IMG/VR virus record: IMGVR_UViG_3300031857_000007
From: a virus
Lineage: Duplodnaviria > Caudoviricetes
DNA: 64,000 bases
Strand: one strand, 5' to 3'
This document shows, piece after piece, positions 47,506-54,612 of this stretch; position 1 is the stretch's first letter; every line of letters begins with the position of its first letter. The translations under genes and the position numbers were made by a program. Below the pieces are notes generated by a model. It saw only the letters and a program-made list of their open reading frames with translations, was not told where the DNA came from and ran no database searches.

Positions 47506-47564
47506 AGTATAGGGGGTCAGCGGTGCCCTTGTGGGGTTTTGGTGGACAGTTCAGGGATTGGACC
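47506..47564 (-). promoter_or_regulatory. Early promoter cassette (-10 TATACT plus dyad motif)
   Basis: GGGCACCGCTGACCC shared with the 45964 cassette; ACTGTCCACCA upstream. Confidence 0.72.
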
Positions 47565-47585
47565 GCCGCGGCCACTCAGTTTGTG

Positions 47586-47762
47586 TCACTTAACCACGAT
47601 ACGGTTCAATTCTTCAAGTGTGCTCACATTCCAGTTGGCAATGTCACCATGGGGAGCATACAGTTTGCTATACCATTCCCCATACAATTCAGGATTAATG
47701 AGTTGCACCTTCTCTAGAGTTTCTGCAATCTCAACATTCAAATTGTGTTGGAAATTAGTCAT
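47586..47762 (-). CDS. Early hypothetical protein (58 aa; not in the track)
   Basis: MTNFQHNLNVEIAETLEKVQLINPELYGEWYSKLYAPHGDIANWNVSTLEELNRIVVK; TGATG coupling with the upstream ORF. Confidence 0.6.
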   Translation of the reverse strand: MTNFQHNLNVEIAETLEKVQLINPELYGEWYSKLYAPHGDIANWNVSTLEELNRIVVK

Positions 47763-47953
47763 CAACCCTCCAGCAGTTCGGGGTAGTATTCTTCACACTC
47801 GGTGATCAATTCTTCATCAGAATACTTAGCATAACCCTCATCCAGATAATCATAACAAAGCTGCGTCATTGTCTTGAGATCCATGTCATCCAACATCTGC
47901 TGAATGAGTTGATCTTGGAGTTCAGAACGGTTCATGTTAGTGTCAGTTGCCAT
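47762..47953 (-). CDS. Early acidic hypothetical protein (63 aa)
   Basis: LQDQLIQQMLDDMDLKTM..YSDEELITECEEYYPELLEG. Confidence 0.7.
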   Translation of the reverse strand: MATDTNMNRSELQDQLIQQMLDDMDLKTMTQLCYDYLDEGYAKYSDEELITECEEYYPELLEG

Positions 47954-48056
47954 TGATGATGTTCCAGAATTGTTTAGAGTTTGCCCCAGGAATGTGGGGA
48001 AGTTTCTTCTCCCAGTATCCTGTGATGTGACGATACCAAACTTTCAGGATGTTCAT
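47943..48056 (-). CDS. Possible 37-aa ORF
   Basis: MNILKVWYRHITGYWEKKLPHIPGANSKQFWNIINGN; fills the gap between coupled ORFs. Confidence 0.5.
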   Translation of the reverse strand: MNILKVWYRHITGYWEKKLPHIPGANSKQFWNIINGN

Positions 48057-48059
48057 GAT

Positions 48060-48185
48060 TCAGTAATCGTATTCGCCGTTAATGTAATCCGTGAGGTTAA
48101 AATCTTCTTCTTTCAGTTCAGGAATGTCCAGATCGAAGATCTCACCAGGCATGTCTTGAATCTCTTGCCACATTTCATCAAACAT
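48060..48185 (-). CDS. 41-aa very acidic early peptide (not in the track)
   Basis: MFDEMWQEIQDMPGEIFDLDIPELKEEDFNLTDYINGEYDY; GAGGGAG RBS; promoter at 48211. Confidence 0.65.
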   Translation of the reverse strand: MFDEMWQEIQDMPGEIFDLDIPELKEEDFNLTDYINGEYDY

Positions 48186-48210
48186 TGGTGTCTCCCTCAG
48201 GAACAAACGT

Positions 48211-48305
48211 AGTATGGCACCGATCAGGGCACGAATCAACCGATGGTGGACAGTACGGGAACTGGCTCACGAACCCTCTGGCTGCCGCCCAGGAGGCGCT
48301 AGAAT
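48211..48305. promoter_or_regulatory. Divergent promoter pair sharing one dyad motif: minus-strand TTGATT-17-CATACT and plus-strand -10 TAGAAT (48300)
   Basis: GTGGACAGT-acggga-ACTGGCTCAC at 48246-48270 lies between the two -10 boxes. Confidence 0.55.
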
Positions 48306-48393
48306 GGGGTCACAAGCGAATGAGGGGTGAGGTAGCCCTGCGGACGACAATTATCGACACTGAAGCAGCTTTGAAATATTAATTGCAAAGTAT

Positions 48394-48420
48394 AAAAAAA
48401 GGGAGGCATTGTGCCCCCCC
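48394..48420 (-). terminator. Intrinsic terminator after the ArdA-like gene
   Basis: Minus strand GGGGGGCA-CAA-TGCCTCCC-TTTTTTT. Confidence 0.8.
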
Positions 48421-48427
48421 ATTTGAT

Positions 48428-48865
48428 TCAGTGATCGCGGAAGATATGCATCGAACGATAAGAAGTTCCATCGTTACATGCAGTGAAATCATAACGCAAC
48501 GAAGTCTCCCAAGTTGCTTCCCAATCCACTACAATTCCAGAAGGGATATCATAACCCATATCATCATAGAAAGATTCAGCAAACTCTGCCTCATCATTGA
48601 AGCAACCTTGATAACGCTCATCACAGCATTCAATATCACTCATGCAACCAACTTCGCCAATGAGAGCATCAACTGCCTCGTATCCGATTGCTTCACCACA
48701 ACGAACATACTCCTCGTAATAGTTACAGAAGTCGTCCTCATTGTAGGTATCAATGAACTCCAACATGTCATCCAGAGCGTAGTTATCTTCCAGACGCTCT
48801 TCAATGAACTCTACAGTTTGAACATTCAGAGTTTCTTTGTAGTTAGCGGTCAGGGTGATCGACAT
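48428..48865 (-). CDS. ArdA-like acidic antirestriction (DNA-mimic) protein (145 aa)
   Basis: ERYQGCFNDEAEFAESFYDDMGYDIPSGIVVDWEATWETSLRYDF resembles the ArdA C-terminal pattern; about 36 D/E vs 7 K/R by hand count. Confidence 0.6.
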   Translation of the reverse strand: MSITLTANYKETLNVQTVEFIEERLEDNYALDDMLEFIDTYNEDDFCNYYEEYVRCGEAIGYEAVDALIGEVGCMSDIECCDERYQGCFNDEAEFAESFYDDMGYDIPSGIVVDWEATWETSLRYDFTACNDGTSYRSMHIFRDH

Positions 48866-48980
48866 GATGAAAAGAATTAGTTTGGGTTGGGGTGCTGATC
48901 TCCCCTACAGCATGTGAAGGATCTTACCTAGGACCTTTCCGATATCGGTGGTTTCGCTAGGAGGGTTCGCTTCTGAAAGT

Positions 48981-49040
48981 AGTATGGCAGCAGTGGGGGG
49001 AGAAATCAATCCCCCTTGTGCCACTTGTCAGACCGTCACA
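48981..49040 (-). promoter_or_regulatory. Early promoter TTGATT-17-CATACT within a GGGGGA/TCCCCC stem-loop plus dyad motif
   Basis: Read directly. Confidence 0.72.
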
Positions 49041-49240
49041 CGTCCTTCCATTTCACGCAATTGATTCATGATATCAAATAGTTCCATTTCGTCCATATCA
49101 GCACTCTCCATATCTACGGGTGCAAATTCATTCAAATTCACGCTACCGTCAGAATAGATTGGAGCATAGAACAGTTCGTTACTATCTTCCTGCGACAGGG
49201 TGAATACACAACCGTAGTTGGTGGCAGTGAGAAGAATCAT
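49028..49240 (-). CDS. Early acidic hypothetical protein (70 aa)
   Basis: ELFYAPIYSDGSVNLNEF; follows the promoter at 49262. Confidence 0.7.
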   Translation of the reverse strand: MILLTATNYGCVFTLSQEDSNELFYAPIYSDGSVNLNEFAPVDMESADMDEMELFDIMNQLREMEGRVTV

Positions 49241-49261
49241 GGGGCAATCCCTGACGACTTG

Positions 49262-49358
49262 AGTATCATTGCACCCAGCTGCCCCCTGTGGGCGATTTAG
49301 TGGACACTTGAACTAGTGGCACAATGATACTTGATATTGGCAATCGGTGCGCTATGAT
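49262..49358. promoter_or_regulatory. Divergent promoter pair around the dyad GTGGACACT-tgaact-AGTGGCAC: minus-strand -10 GATACT; plus-strand TTGATA-16-TATGAT
   Basis: Read directly; no plus-strand ORF follows. Confidence 0.5.
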
Positions 49359-49450
49359 CGAGAATCGATAGGATTAATGTAGATTAATCAGAATATTGGG
49401 AGGAGAATATAATTCTCCTAGCATGAAGAAATATTAATATTGGGATAGAG

Positions 49451-49612
49451 TTACCAAATACGGTCTAGACTCAGATCTTCAATATATGCCTTCACACGCT
49501 CATCGCCACCCAATTCAAACAGTTTTTCCCAATCAATATCGCGTGGGTTAAAGTCTTGAAACACGTCTAGTTCTAGAGTAATACGATACTTGTTTTTCTG
49601 TGCGTAAACCAT
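49451..49612 (-). CDS. Hypothetical protein (53 aa; not in the track)
   Basis: MVYAQKNKYRITLELDVFQDFNPRDIDWEKLFELGGDERVKAYIEDLSLDRIW. Confidence 0.65.
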   Translation of the reverse strand: MVYAQKNKYRITLELDVFQDFNPRDIDWEKLFELGGDERVKAYIEDLSLDRIW

Positions 49613-49638
49613 AGGATCTAGGTGAAGTAACTATGTAC

Positions 49639-49667
49639 ATGTTACATGAATCTAGAAGGAATGTCAA
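49639..49667 (-). promoter_or_regulatory. sigma70-like promoter TTGACA-17-TAACAT
   Basis: Extended TG; one GAATCTAG array copy lies inside its spacer. Confidence 0.65.
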
Positions 49668-49903
49668 GTGCATGGTGTATATATGAATCTCGATATGAAT
49701 CTAGTTGTATATGTGTGAATCTCGATATGTTGATATAATGATATGAATCTAGTTGTATAATGCGAATCTAGATGGGCAATCTAGTTGTATGATGCGAATC
49801 TAGTTGAGTCTAGTTGTGAATCTAGTTGTGAATCTCGAAGGATATATGCGAATCTAGTTGTATAATGATATAACGTTATTGTTATATGATATCATGAATC
49901 TAG
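49648..49903 (+). repeat. Non-coding array of 13 same-orientation GAATCT(A/C)G motifs (11 exact, 2 variants)
   Basis: Copies at 49648, 49685, 49697, 49717, 49745, 49764, 49777 (variant), 49796, 49806 (variant), 49818, 49830, 49850, 49896; often followed by TTGTAT. Confidence 0.92.
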
Positions 49904-49946
49904 TTTTATATGTGCCCGCCTCCGTGTATTTTTGTTTCGGGGGCGC

Positions 49947-49975
49947 TTGACATTTTTTCGGAGTTGTGATACAAT
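49947..49975 (+). promoter_or_regulatory. Plus-strand sigma70 promoter TTGACA-17-TACAAT with no downstream ORF
   Basis: Near-consensus boxes with an exact 17-bp spacer. Confidence 0.7.
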
Positions 49976-50002
49976 GCACGCTAAGATCACAAGACTCTGA
50001 GG

Positions 50003-50047
50003 CATTTATAAGACATTTATAAGGCATTAATAAGTTTATAAGACATT
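50003..50047 (+). repeat. Four near-tandem CATT(T/A)ATAAG-like repeats, about 11-bp period, followed by a very AT-rich tract to 50170
   Basis: catttataag at 50003 and 50014, cattaataag at 50025, tttataag at 50035. Confidence 0.75.
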
Positions 50048-50172
50048 AAAGAACTCAGAGACTCTCTAACAATATAACGATAACATTATAAGAGATAAAT
50101 CACACAAACATATTTAAAAATACATTTATTAATTAATTTAATTGTTTTTTACCATAAAATAAGCATTTTTAG

Positions 50173-50655
50173 TCATAATTGTTCAATAGTATATTCTTTC
50201 CATTCTTTAATCTTACAATCATTCAATAGGAATTGCATCTTATTATAAGGTGCTCTTGGTTTGCGAATTAACCTCATATTGGTTTGTTCTAATAGAGTAT
50301 TACCTTTCTTTGTATTACAAGAACTACATGCTACTACAAGATTTTCCCATGTATCTTCTCCACCTCTACATTTAGGAATAACATGATCAATTGTCAATCG
50401 TTGTGTAGATTCGCAATATTGACAAGTATGATTATCTCTCTTGTAGATCATTGATCTTGATGGTTTGTTCATAACAATCTTAGAAAATGGTACTTTCACA
50501 TAACTTAAAAGGCGTATGACTCTATTCGATAATATCTGTGCCTTTTCTTTTAAGAGAAGAACTATTGCTCTTTTCCAACTGGTTATGTTTAATGGTTCAT
50601 AGGAAGAGTTTAATACCAAGATACTGGTATTTGGTTGTATCGTTATACCATTCAT
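50173..50655 (-). CDS. HNH endonuclease (McrA/HNH_5 bacterial type, 160 aa)
   Basis: ILVLNSSYEPL; YKRDNHTCQYC..LTIDHVIPKCRGGEDTWENLVVACSSCNTKKGN. Confidence 0.93.
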   Translation of the reverse strand: MNGITIQPNTSILVLNSSYEPLNITSWKRAIVLLLKEKAQILSNRVIRLLSYVKVPFSKIVMNKPSRSMIYKRDNHTCQYCESTQRLTIDHVIPKCRGGEDTWENLVVACSSCNTKKGNTLLEQTNMRLIRKPRAPYNKMQFLLNDCKIKEWKEYTIEQL

Positions 50656-50668
50656 GACTCACACTCAT

Positions 50669-50986
50669 TTAATCTCTTTGTCTCCAATCGTCGGGTTTGT
50701 CGCCTGTGAAGAAATCAATTATATCGTCTGCACTATTGAAATTTGTTCTATGATTTGAGGGATCGGGATCACCTAAATCTAATGCATTCATGAAGTCGTC
50801 CAAACTCCCTTCTTGCATATTTGGATTAGCAGCACGTCTTCTTGCTTGTCTTAGAATAGTTGCAGCAGAACGATTTGATTTTGCTAACTTCTCTGCCCAT
50901 ATCATATCCTCTAAACTTACTTCTTCATGCATTGCGATTTTATCACAGATTGCCTCAAGGCGAAGGCGATATTGCGTAGAGAGCAT
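50669..50986 (-). CDS. Conserved cyanophage hypothetical protein A (105 aa), paralogue of 58276-58593
   Basis: 48 of the first 57 aa are identical to the second copy. Confidence 0.85.
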   Translation of the reverse strand: MLSTQYRLRLEAICDKIAMHEEVSLEDMIWAEKLAKSNRSAATILRQARRRAANPNMQEGSLDDFMNALDLGDPDPSNHRTNFNSADDIIDFFTGDKPDDWRQRD

Positions 50987-51006
50987 GTGTGTTATTCAAA
51001 TAATGT

Positions 51007-51246
51007 TTATTTATTTCTTAATTCTATCTCTTGCTGCAACTCTTTGGCAAGTTTATATGCGCGTCTCCACATGATATACTTTACAATTGGATTGGCAGGA
51101 TTATGTAATATCCACCACTTTGTCTTTTCATATTGTACTCTTGCAAGTTGAGTGAGCATATAAAATCCTCTTGCAACTGATTGATCGGTAAGAATCAAAT
51201 ATGCAATACAAAAGAATATAATAAAGTATATGTAATTTGTGCTCAT
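51007..51246 (-). CDS. Membrane-anchored hypothetical protein B (79 aa), paralogue of 58614-58847
   Basis: N-terminal TM helix; shared YEK.KWW.L.NP.NP.VKY.MWRR..KLAKEL. Confidence 0.8.
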   Translation of the reverse strand: MSTNYIYFIIFFCIAYLILTDQSVARGFYMLTQLARVQYEKTKWWILHNPANPIVKYIMWRRAYKLAKELQQEIELRNK

Positions 51247-51416
51247 TTTCTTAGTGTTTTCAGATATTCTAAGACAGTATCCCGTACTGCCATAAGTTCA
51301 TTATAACACTCTTGATTATGAGCACATTGTCTCAATTCAGAATCTGGTTTATGTACTGATTCGACAAACAAATCAAGTCCACGATTCCATTTAGTTTCTT
51401 GAGATTCATTTTCCAT
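51243..51416 (-). CDS. Hypothetical protein (57 aa; not in the track)
   Basis: MENESQETKWNRGLDLFVESVHKPDSELRQCAHNQECYNELMAVRDTVLEYLKTLRK; ATGA overlap. Confidence 0.65.
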   Translation of the reverse strand: MENESQETKWNRGLDLFVESVHKPDSELRQCAHNQECYNELMAVRDTVLEYLKTLRK

Positions 51417-51576
51417 CTTGTTTAATTGTAACGGGGCAGAAAGGAATAACTTTTCGGATTTCTTGGACTATTTCTGTTTTTTGAACTTCAGTTAATCCAA
51501 CAACTCTTTGAATACGGTAAATGATATTCAAAGCTTGTGAACAGGTAATAATGGTTGATGCAGTGAGAACAACCAT
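51406..51576 (-). CDS. Hypothetical protein (56 aa; not in the track)
   Basis: MVVLTASTIITCSQALNIIYRIQRVVGLTEVQKTEIVQEIRKVIPFCPVTIKQDGK. Confidence 0.55.
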   Translation of the reverse strand: MVVLTASTIITCSQALNIIYRIQRVVGLTEVQKTEIVQEIRKVIPFCPVTIKQDGK

Positions 51577-51629
51577 GTCTATTCTCTTATTCTATTACTA
51601 TTTAATACAGTTTATGATATTTTAATGAT

Positions 51630-52016
51630 TCAATCCCAACTTACATTTTGTACAAGGAAACCAGGCATTACATAGGTCCATGCACCAAGTTCTTGACTGC
51701 CACCAACTTTATACTCCCATTTGTACTCAAACTTATTGTGACTATCCCATGTCACATATCCTTGTTCTTTATCAAATCGTCCTTTGATTGTCAGAGCATG
51801 TTTATTGGAGAAAATATTACGAGTGCGAAGAGAACCGCCCTTTTCGCGAGTTTCAATCACAACACAAGTGTCAGGATAGGTTTGAATACCTGCCTCAAGA
51901 ATACATGGAGTTTCATATCGAAATGGTCGATATGTAGTGACATTTTGACCATATGCTGGTACTGAAAAAAGAAGTGCAGCAAACAACAATAGTTTTTTCA
52001 TGATCATTTCATTCAA
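51630..52016 (-). CDS. Exported protein with signal peptide (up to 128 aa)
   Basis: MKKLLLFAALLFSVPAYG signal peptide; Cys pair. Confidence 0.75.
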   Translation of the reverse strand: MNEMIMKKLLLFAALLFSVPAYGQNVTTYRPFRYETPCILEAGIQTYPDTCVVIETREKGGSLRTRNIFSNKHALTIKGRFDKEQGYVTWDSHNKFEYKWEYKVGGSQELGAWTYVMPGFLVQNVSWD

Positions 52017-52026
52017 TACATTTCAT

Positions 52027-52173
52027 TTACTTTTCCAGGTTATCCAAATATTCGGAAATAACCTTAATGAAGTCTTCTTTGGTGAAGGTGTTAAGAATAC
52101 TTTCCCTAGGATCATTTTCATCCCAGGTGATAGTGAGAGATCCGTCTTGTTCTTCATTTACTTCAATCGTCAT
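52027..52173 (-). CDS. Acidic hypothetical protein (48 aa; not in the track)
   Basis: MTIEVNEEQDGSLTITWDENDPRESILNTFTEEDFIKVISEYLDNLEK. Confidence 0.6.
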   Translation of the reverse strand: MTIEVNEEQDGSLTITWDENDPRESILNTFTKEDFIKVISEYLDNLEK

Positions 52174-52504
52174 AATTACTGTCCCATGGTGCTTTACGTT
52201 CTAAAACTCTTTTGACCCTTTCCATTACCTCTGGGTCTGGTGGTTGATTCAACCTATCAACAAGAGCGTCAAAGTTTTCTTTTGATAGAATAATCTTTTC
52301 AGGTTTTGCACCTTTACCCCAGAACTTTTCAAACTCCCATTTGTAGTTCATATCCAACCATCCAGCATTTAGAGAACTCCAAAACTCTCCCCATACATGA
52401 TAGTCATCAAAGCGAAAACCTTCATGACCAATCAACCGATACCACCACCAGAATGGAGTATAACGGAAAAACTTATTTGAGATAATCAGTTTATGAATAT
52501 TCAT
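52163..52504 (-). CDS. Hypothetical protein with a DUF1778/TacA-like C-terminal segment (113 aa)
   Basis: IILSKENFDALVDRLNQPPDPEVMERVKRVLERKAPWD; Trp-rich N-terminus. Confidence 0.65.
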   Translation of the reverse strand: MNIHKLIISNKFFRYTPFWWWYRLIGHEGFRFDDYHVWGEFWSSLNAGWLDMNYKWEFEKFWGKGAKPEKIILSKENFDALVDRLNQPPDPEVMERVKRVLERKAPWDSNYDD

Positions 52505-52668
52505 TTATCTTTAATTACACAAGAACTTCCAGTACAGTTTAATTCGCCAGAAGTTCCAGATACTGTAGAAGTATGTTGTTCAGTTTTATCTGGTTTGATA
52601 TTTGAGTAGACCATACCAGCAAGACAAACACCAATAAGAGAGAAAAAGATAACGTTGCAAAGTTTCAT
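52501..52668 (-). CDS. Single-pass membrane protein (55 aa; not in the track), paralogue of 57676-57849
   Basis: MKLCNVIFFSLIGVCLAGMVYSNIKPDKTEQHTSTVSGTSGELNCTGSSCVIKDK; ATGA overlaps at both ends. Confidence 0.7.
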   Translation of the reverse strand: MKLCNVIFFSLIGVCLAGMVYSNIKPDKTEQHTSTVSGTSGELNCTGSSCVIKDK

Positions 52669-52874
52669 TGTGCTAACCTCAGTTTACGTTCTTTTGAAGA
52701 AATGTGCCCGTAAAATATATCATCATAAGGATAAATGTAATCGTCATACCACCCAGAACAAAGTGCTTCCCAGAAGTCACAATAGTCTCCAGAAACATAA
52801 CAATCCCAGGCATACCAGAAGTCATGAAATCCGTCAATGAAGAGTTCCAATTTTGTTGGTTCTTTGAAGTTCAT
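52665..52874 (-). CDS. Aromatic/acidic hypothetical protein (69 aa)
   Basis: ATGA-coupled chain of ORFs. Confidence 0.65.
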   Translation of the reverse strand: MNFKEPTKLELFIDGFHDFWYAWDCYVSGDYCDFWEALCSGWYDDYIYPYDDIFYGHISSKERKLRLAQ

Positions 52875-53056
52875 GGTGTTTCATTACTCCAATAGTATCT
52901 CAGTCTATCACTATCAGCAGAAATATTCAAGTGGTAGATCTTGTCGTCTTGTGTGTAAATTCCAACCCACAGACTGCGTTCATTCATACTTTCCAAGTGA
53001 AACAACTTCACCTCTTCCAGTACGATTTCATCAGGGTTTTCAATAAATCTACTCAT
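52871..53056 (-). CDS. Hypothetical protein (61 aa)
   Basis: ATGA-coupled; FHLESMNERSLWVGIY. Confidence 0.65.
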   Translation of the reverse strand: MSRFIENPDEIVLEEVKLFHLESMNERSLWVGIYTQDDKIYHLNISADSDRLRYYWSNETP

Positions 53057-53268
53057 TTTGCCTCCCAGAACCTACCATCAGAACCACAAGAATAATCAAG
53101 TGATTCCCAACATTTAGCACGGAGCATGTCACAGAACCTGCTCTCATTACCAGTTACAAGATTTGTAGAAGTATTTGGGGAAGTGCAAGTATCGTGTCGG
53201 TGTCCCATTCCAAATAAATGAGAGACCCAATCCCGACGATAATACTTACAATCTTTACAAAGTTTCAT
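53053..53268 (-). CDS. Cys-rich putative Zn-binding protein (71 aa)
   Basis: CKDCKYY..TCTSP..FCDMLR..SCGSDGRFWEAK. Confidence 0.7.
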   Translation of the reverse strand: MKLCKDCKYYRRDWVSHLFGMGHRHDTCTSPNTSTNLVTGNESRFCDMLRAKCWESLDYSCGSDGRFWEAK

Positions 53269-53531
53269 TGGTATGGGTTTTTAAGGTTGTCTAGGATAGC
53301 ATCAAAGAAAGCAATGCGATCCTTGTCGTATTCTACATCAACACCATGAGAATTGCAAAAATCTACAATGTTCTTTTCAGTTTTAGTTGGAGAATAGATG
53401 TTGCGGAACCTCGCATAAGTGATATGATCCCTGAACTCTTGCTTCATGGTCTCAAAGAGTTGGAATAGTTCTTGTTGTGTAAGTTCTACTTCACGATCAG
53501 TTGATTGATGTCCAGTAAATTTGATGTTCAT
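53265..53531 (-). CDS. Hypothetical protein (88 aa)
   Basis: ATGA-coupled. Confidence 0.65.
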   Translation of the reverse strand: MNIKFTGHQSTDREVELTQQELFQLFETMKQEFRDHITYARFRNIYSPTKTEKNIVDFCNSHGVDVEYDKDRIAFFDAILDNLKNPYQ

Positions 53532-53818
53532 GATAGGTTAAAGTGTAAATGAGTTTTCCATGTACCAATGGTTTTCTTTTGTAACATATCAGCAATCACA
53601 TGGGGAATAAACCTTGTATATTTGTCCAGAAACTCTCGCTCTGTAAGTTCATCACACCCGCGTAGATAATAATCATTATTAACAAAGTTTGCAAATTTTG
53701 CGAACTCATAATCTCTTTCTCCATCAAGATTATAACGACAGATTTGCAACCACACAGATCTACCTTCACCAGTCGCAAAGTAATCAATCACAAAGAAACG
53801 ATAGAATGGTTTATCCAT
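53528..53818 (-). CDS. Hypothetical protein (96 aa)
   Basis: FFVIDYFATGEGRSVWL; coupled ORF. Confidence 0.65.
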   Translation of the reverse strand: MDKPFYRFFVIDYFATGEGRSVWLQICRYNLDGERDYEFAKFANFVNNDYYLRGCDELTEREFLDKYTRFIPHVIADMLQKKTIGTWKTHLHFNLS

Positions 53819-54389
53819 TATTTTCCTCCTTCAGTTTTCTCACTCGTTCAAGAAACTCATTACCTTGTTCATACAATCGTGTAATCAAATCCTTAATATC
53901 TTCAATATCAATCACATTATACTCAACATTCATATTCTCACAACGGAGGGCATCAATCATACATTCAAGTGTCATTGCCTGCATATGTTCTGGGGTGATT
54001 GGTGTACCGTGAGGAAGACCAGAACATTCTTCATTATAGAAGTGATTATATCGTCTCAGGACAGTATCAGCACGTTCTCTACTTTCCCATTCTTCCTTCT
54101 CAATCTCAGCAAGTTTCAGCATAGCATCACCGTGCTTCTCATAGAGTTCATCAAGGGCAGCAAGTGCCTTATTTTCTGCCTCTCTTCGTGCTGCCTCTTC
54201 TAACATCTCTTCGTGCGTAAGATTTTCAAGAACAAGGTCTTTTGCAGAATCTTCCATTTTTTTCATATCCTGTTTGTAGATAAGTTCTTTCAACCTCTGT
54301 TTGCCGTATTCAGTGAGTTCGTGTTTTTTGTTGCGGAGTTCTTCTACTTCTTCTTGTGTGAGACTAACCCACGGCATGTCTTCATTCAT
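53811..54389 (-). CDS. Coiled-coil, acidic hypothetical protein (192 aa)
   Basis: Helical E/K-rich sequence; overlaps both neighbours. Confidence 0.7.
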   Translation of the reverse strand: MNEDMPWVSLTQEEVEELRNKKHELTEYGKQRLKELIYKQDMKKMEDSAKDLVLENLTHEEMLEEAARREAENKALAALDELYEKHGDAMLKLAEIEKEEWESRERADTVLRRYNHFYNEECSGLPHGTPITPEHMQAMTLECMIDALRCENMNVEYNVIDIEDIKDLITRLYEQGNEFLERVRKLKEENNG

Positions 54390-54612
54390 AATACTCTTTC
54401 CTCACACATTCTATTTCAAGGTCTTCTACCCTGTCTTGCAAGTCCATAATAAGTTGAAGGATTTTCATAGTATCCAGATTACCATTTTCATCAGCAACAA
54501 GAGAAAGATATGATTGTTTTATAATCTCTTGCTGTTCTTCAAATGGTTTGAGATACCATTCCTTTCTTTGTTTTTGAGTATATTTGTCCCAACCTAATGG
54601 GTTGTATCTCAT
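54382..54612 (-). CDS. Hypothetical protein (76 aa)
   Basis: Coupled ORF. Confidence 0.65.
   Translation of the reverse strand: MRYNPLGWDKYTQKQRKEWYLKPFEEQQEIIKQSYLSLVADENGNLDTMKILQLIMDLQDRVEDLEIECVRKEYYE

Noticed and set aside
44183-49240. Host chromosome, prophage junction or chimeric assembly at the GC shift
   Set aside because: The GC-rich part consists of small phage-type ORFs on the same strand, with the same promoter cassette that recurs at 56-60 kb. No integrase or host housekeeping gene is present.
49648-49903. CRISPR array
   Set aside because: The repeat is only 8 bp, gaps are 2-38 bp and low-complexity, and no cas genes are present.
43870-50170. tRNA genes in the intergenic stretches
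   Set aside because: No cloverleaf with T-loop GTTCRA and D-loop signatures was found by eye; tRNAscan-SE was not run.
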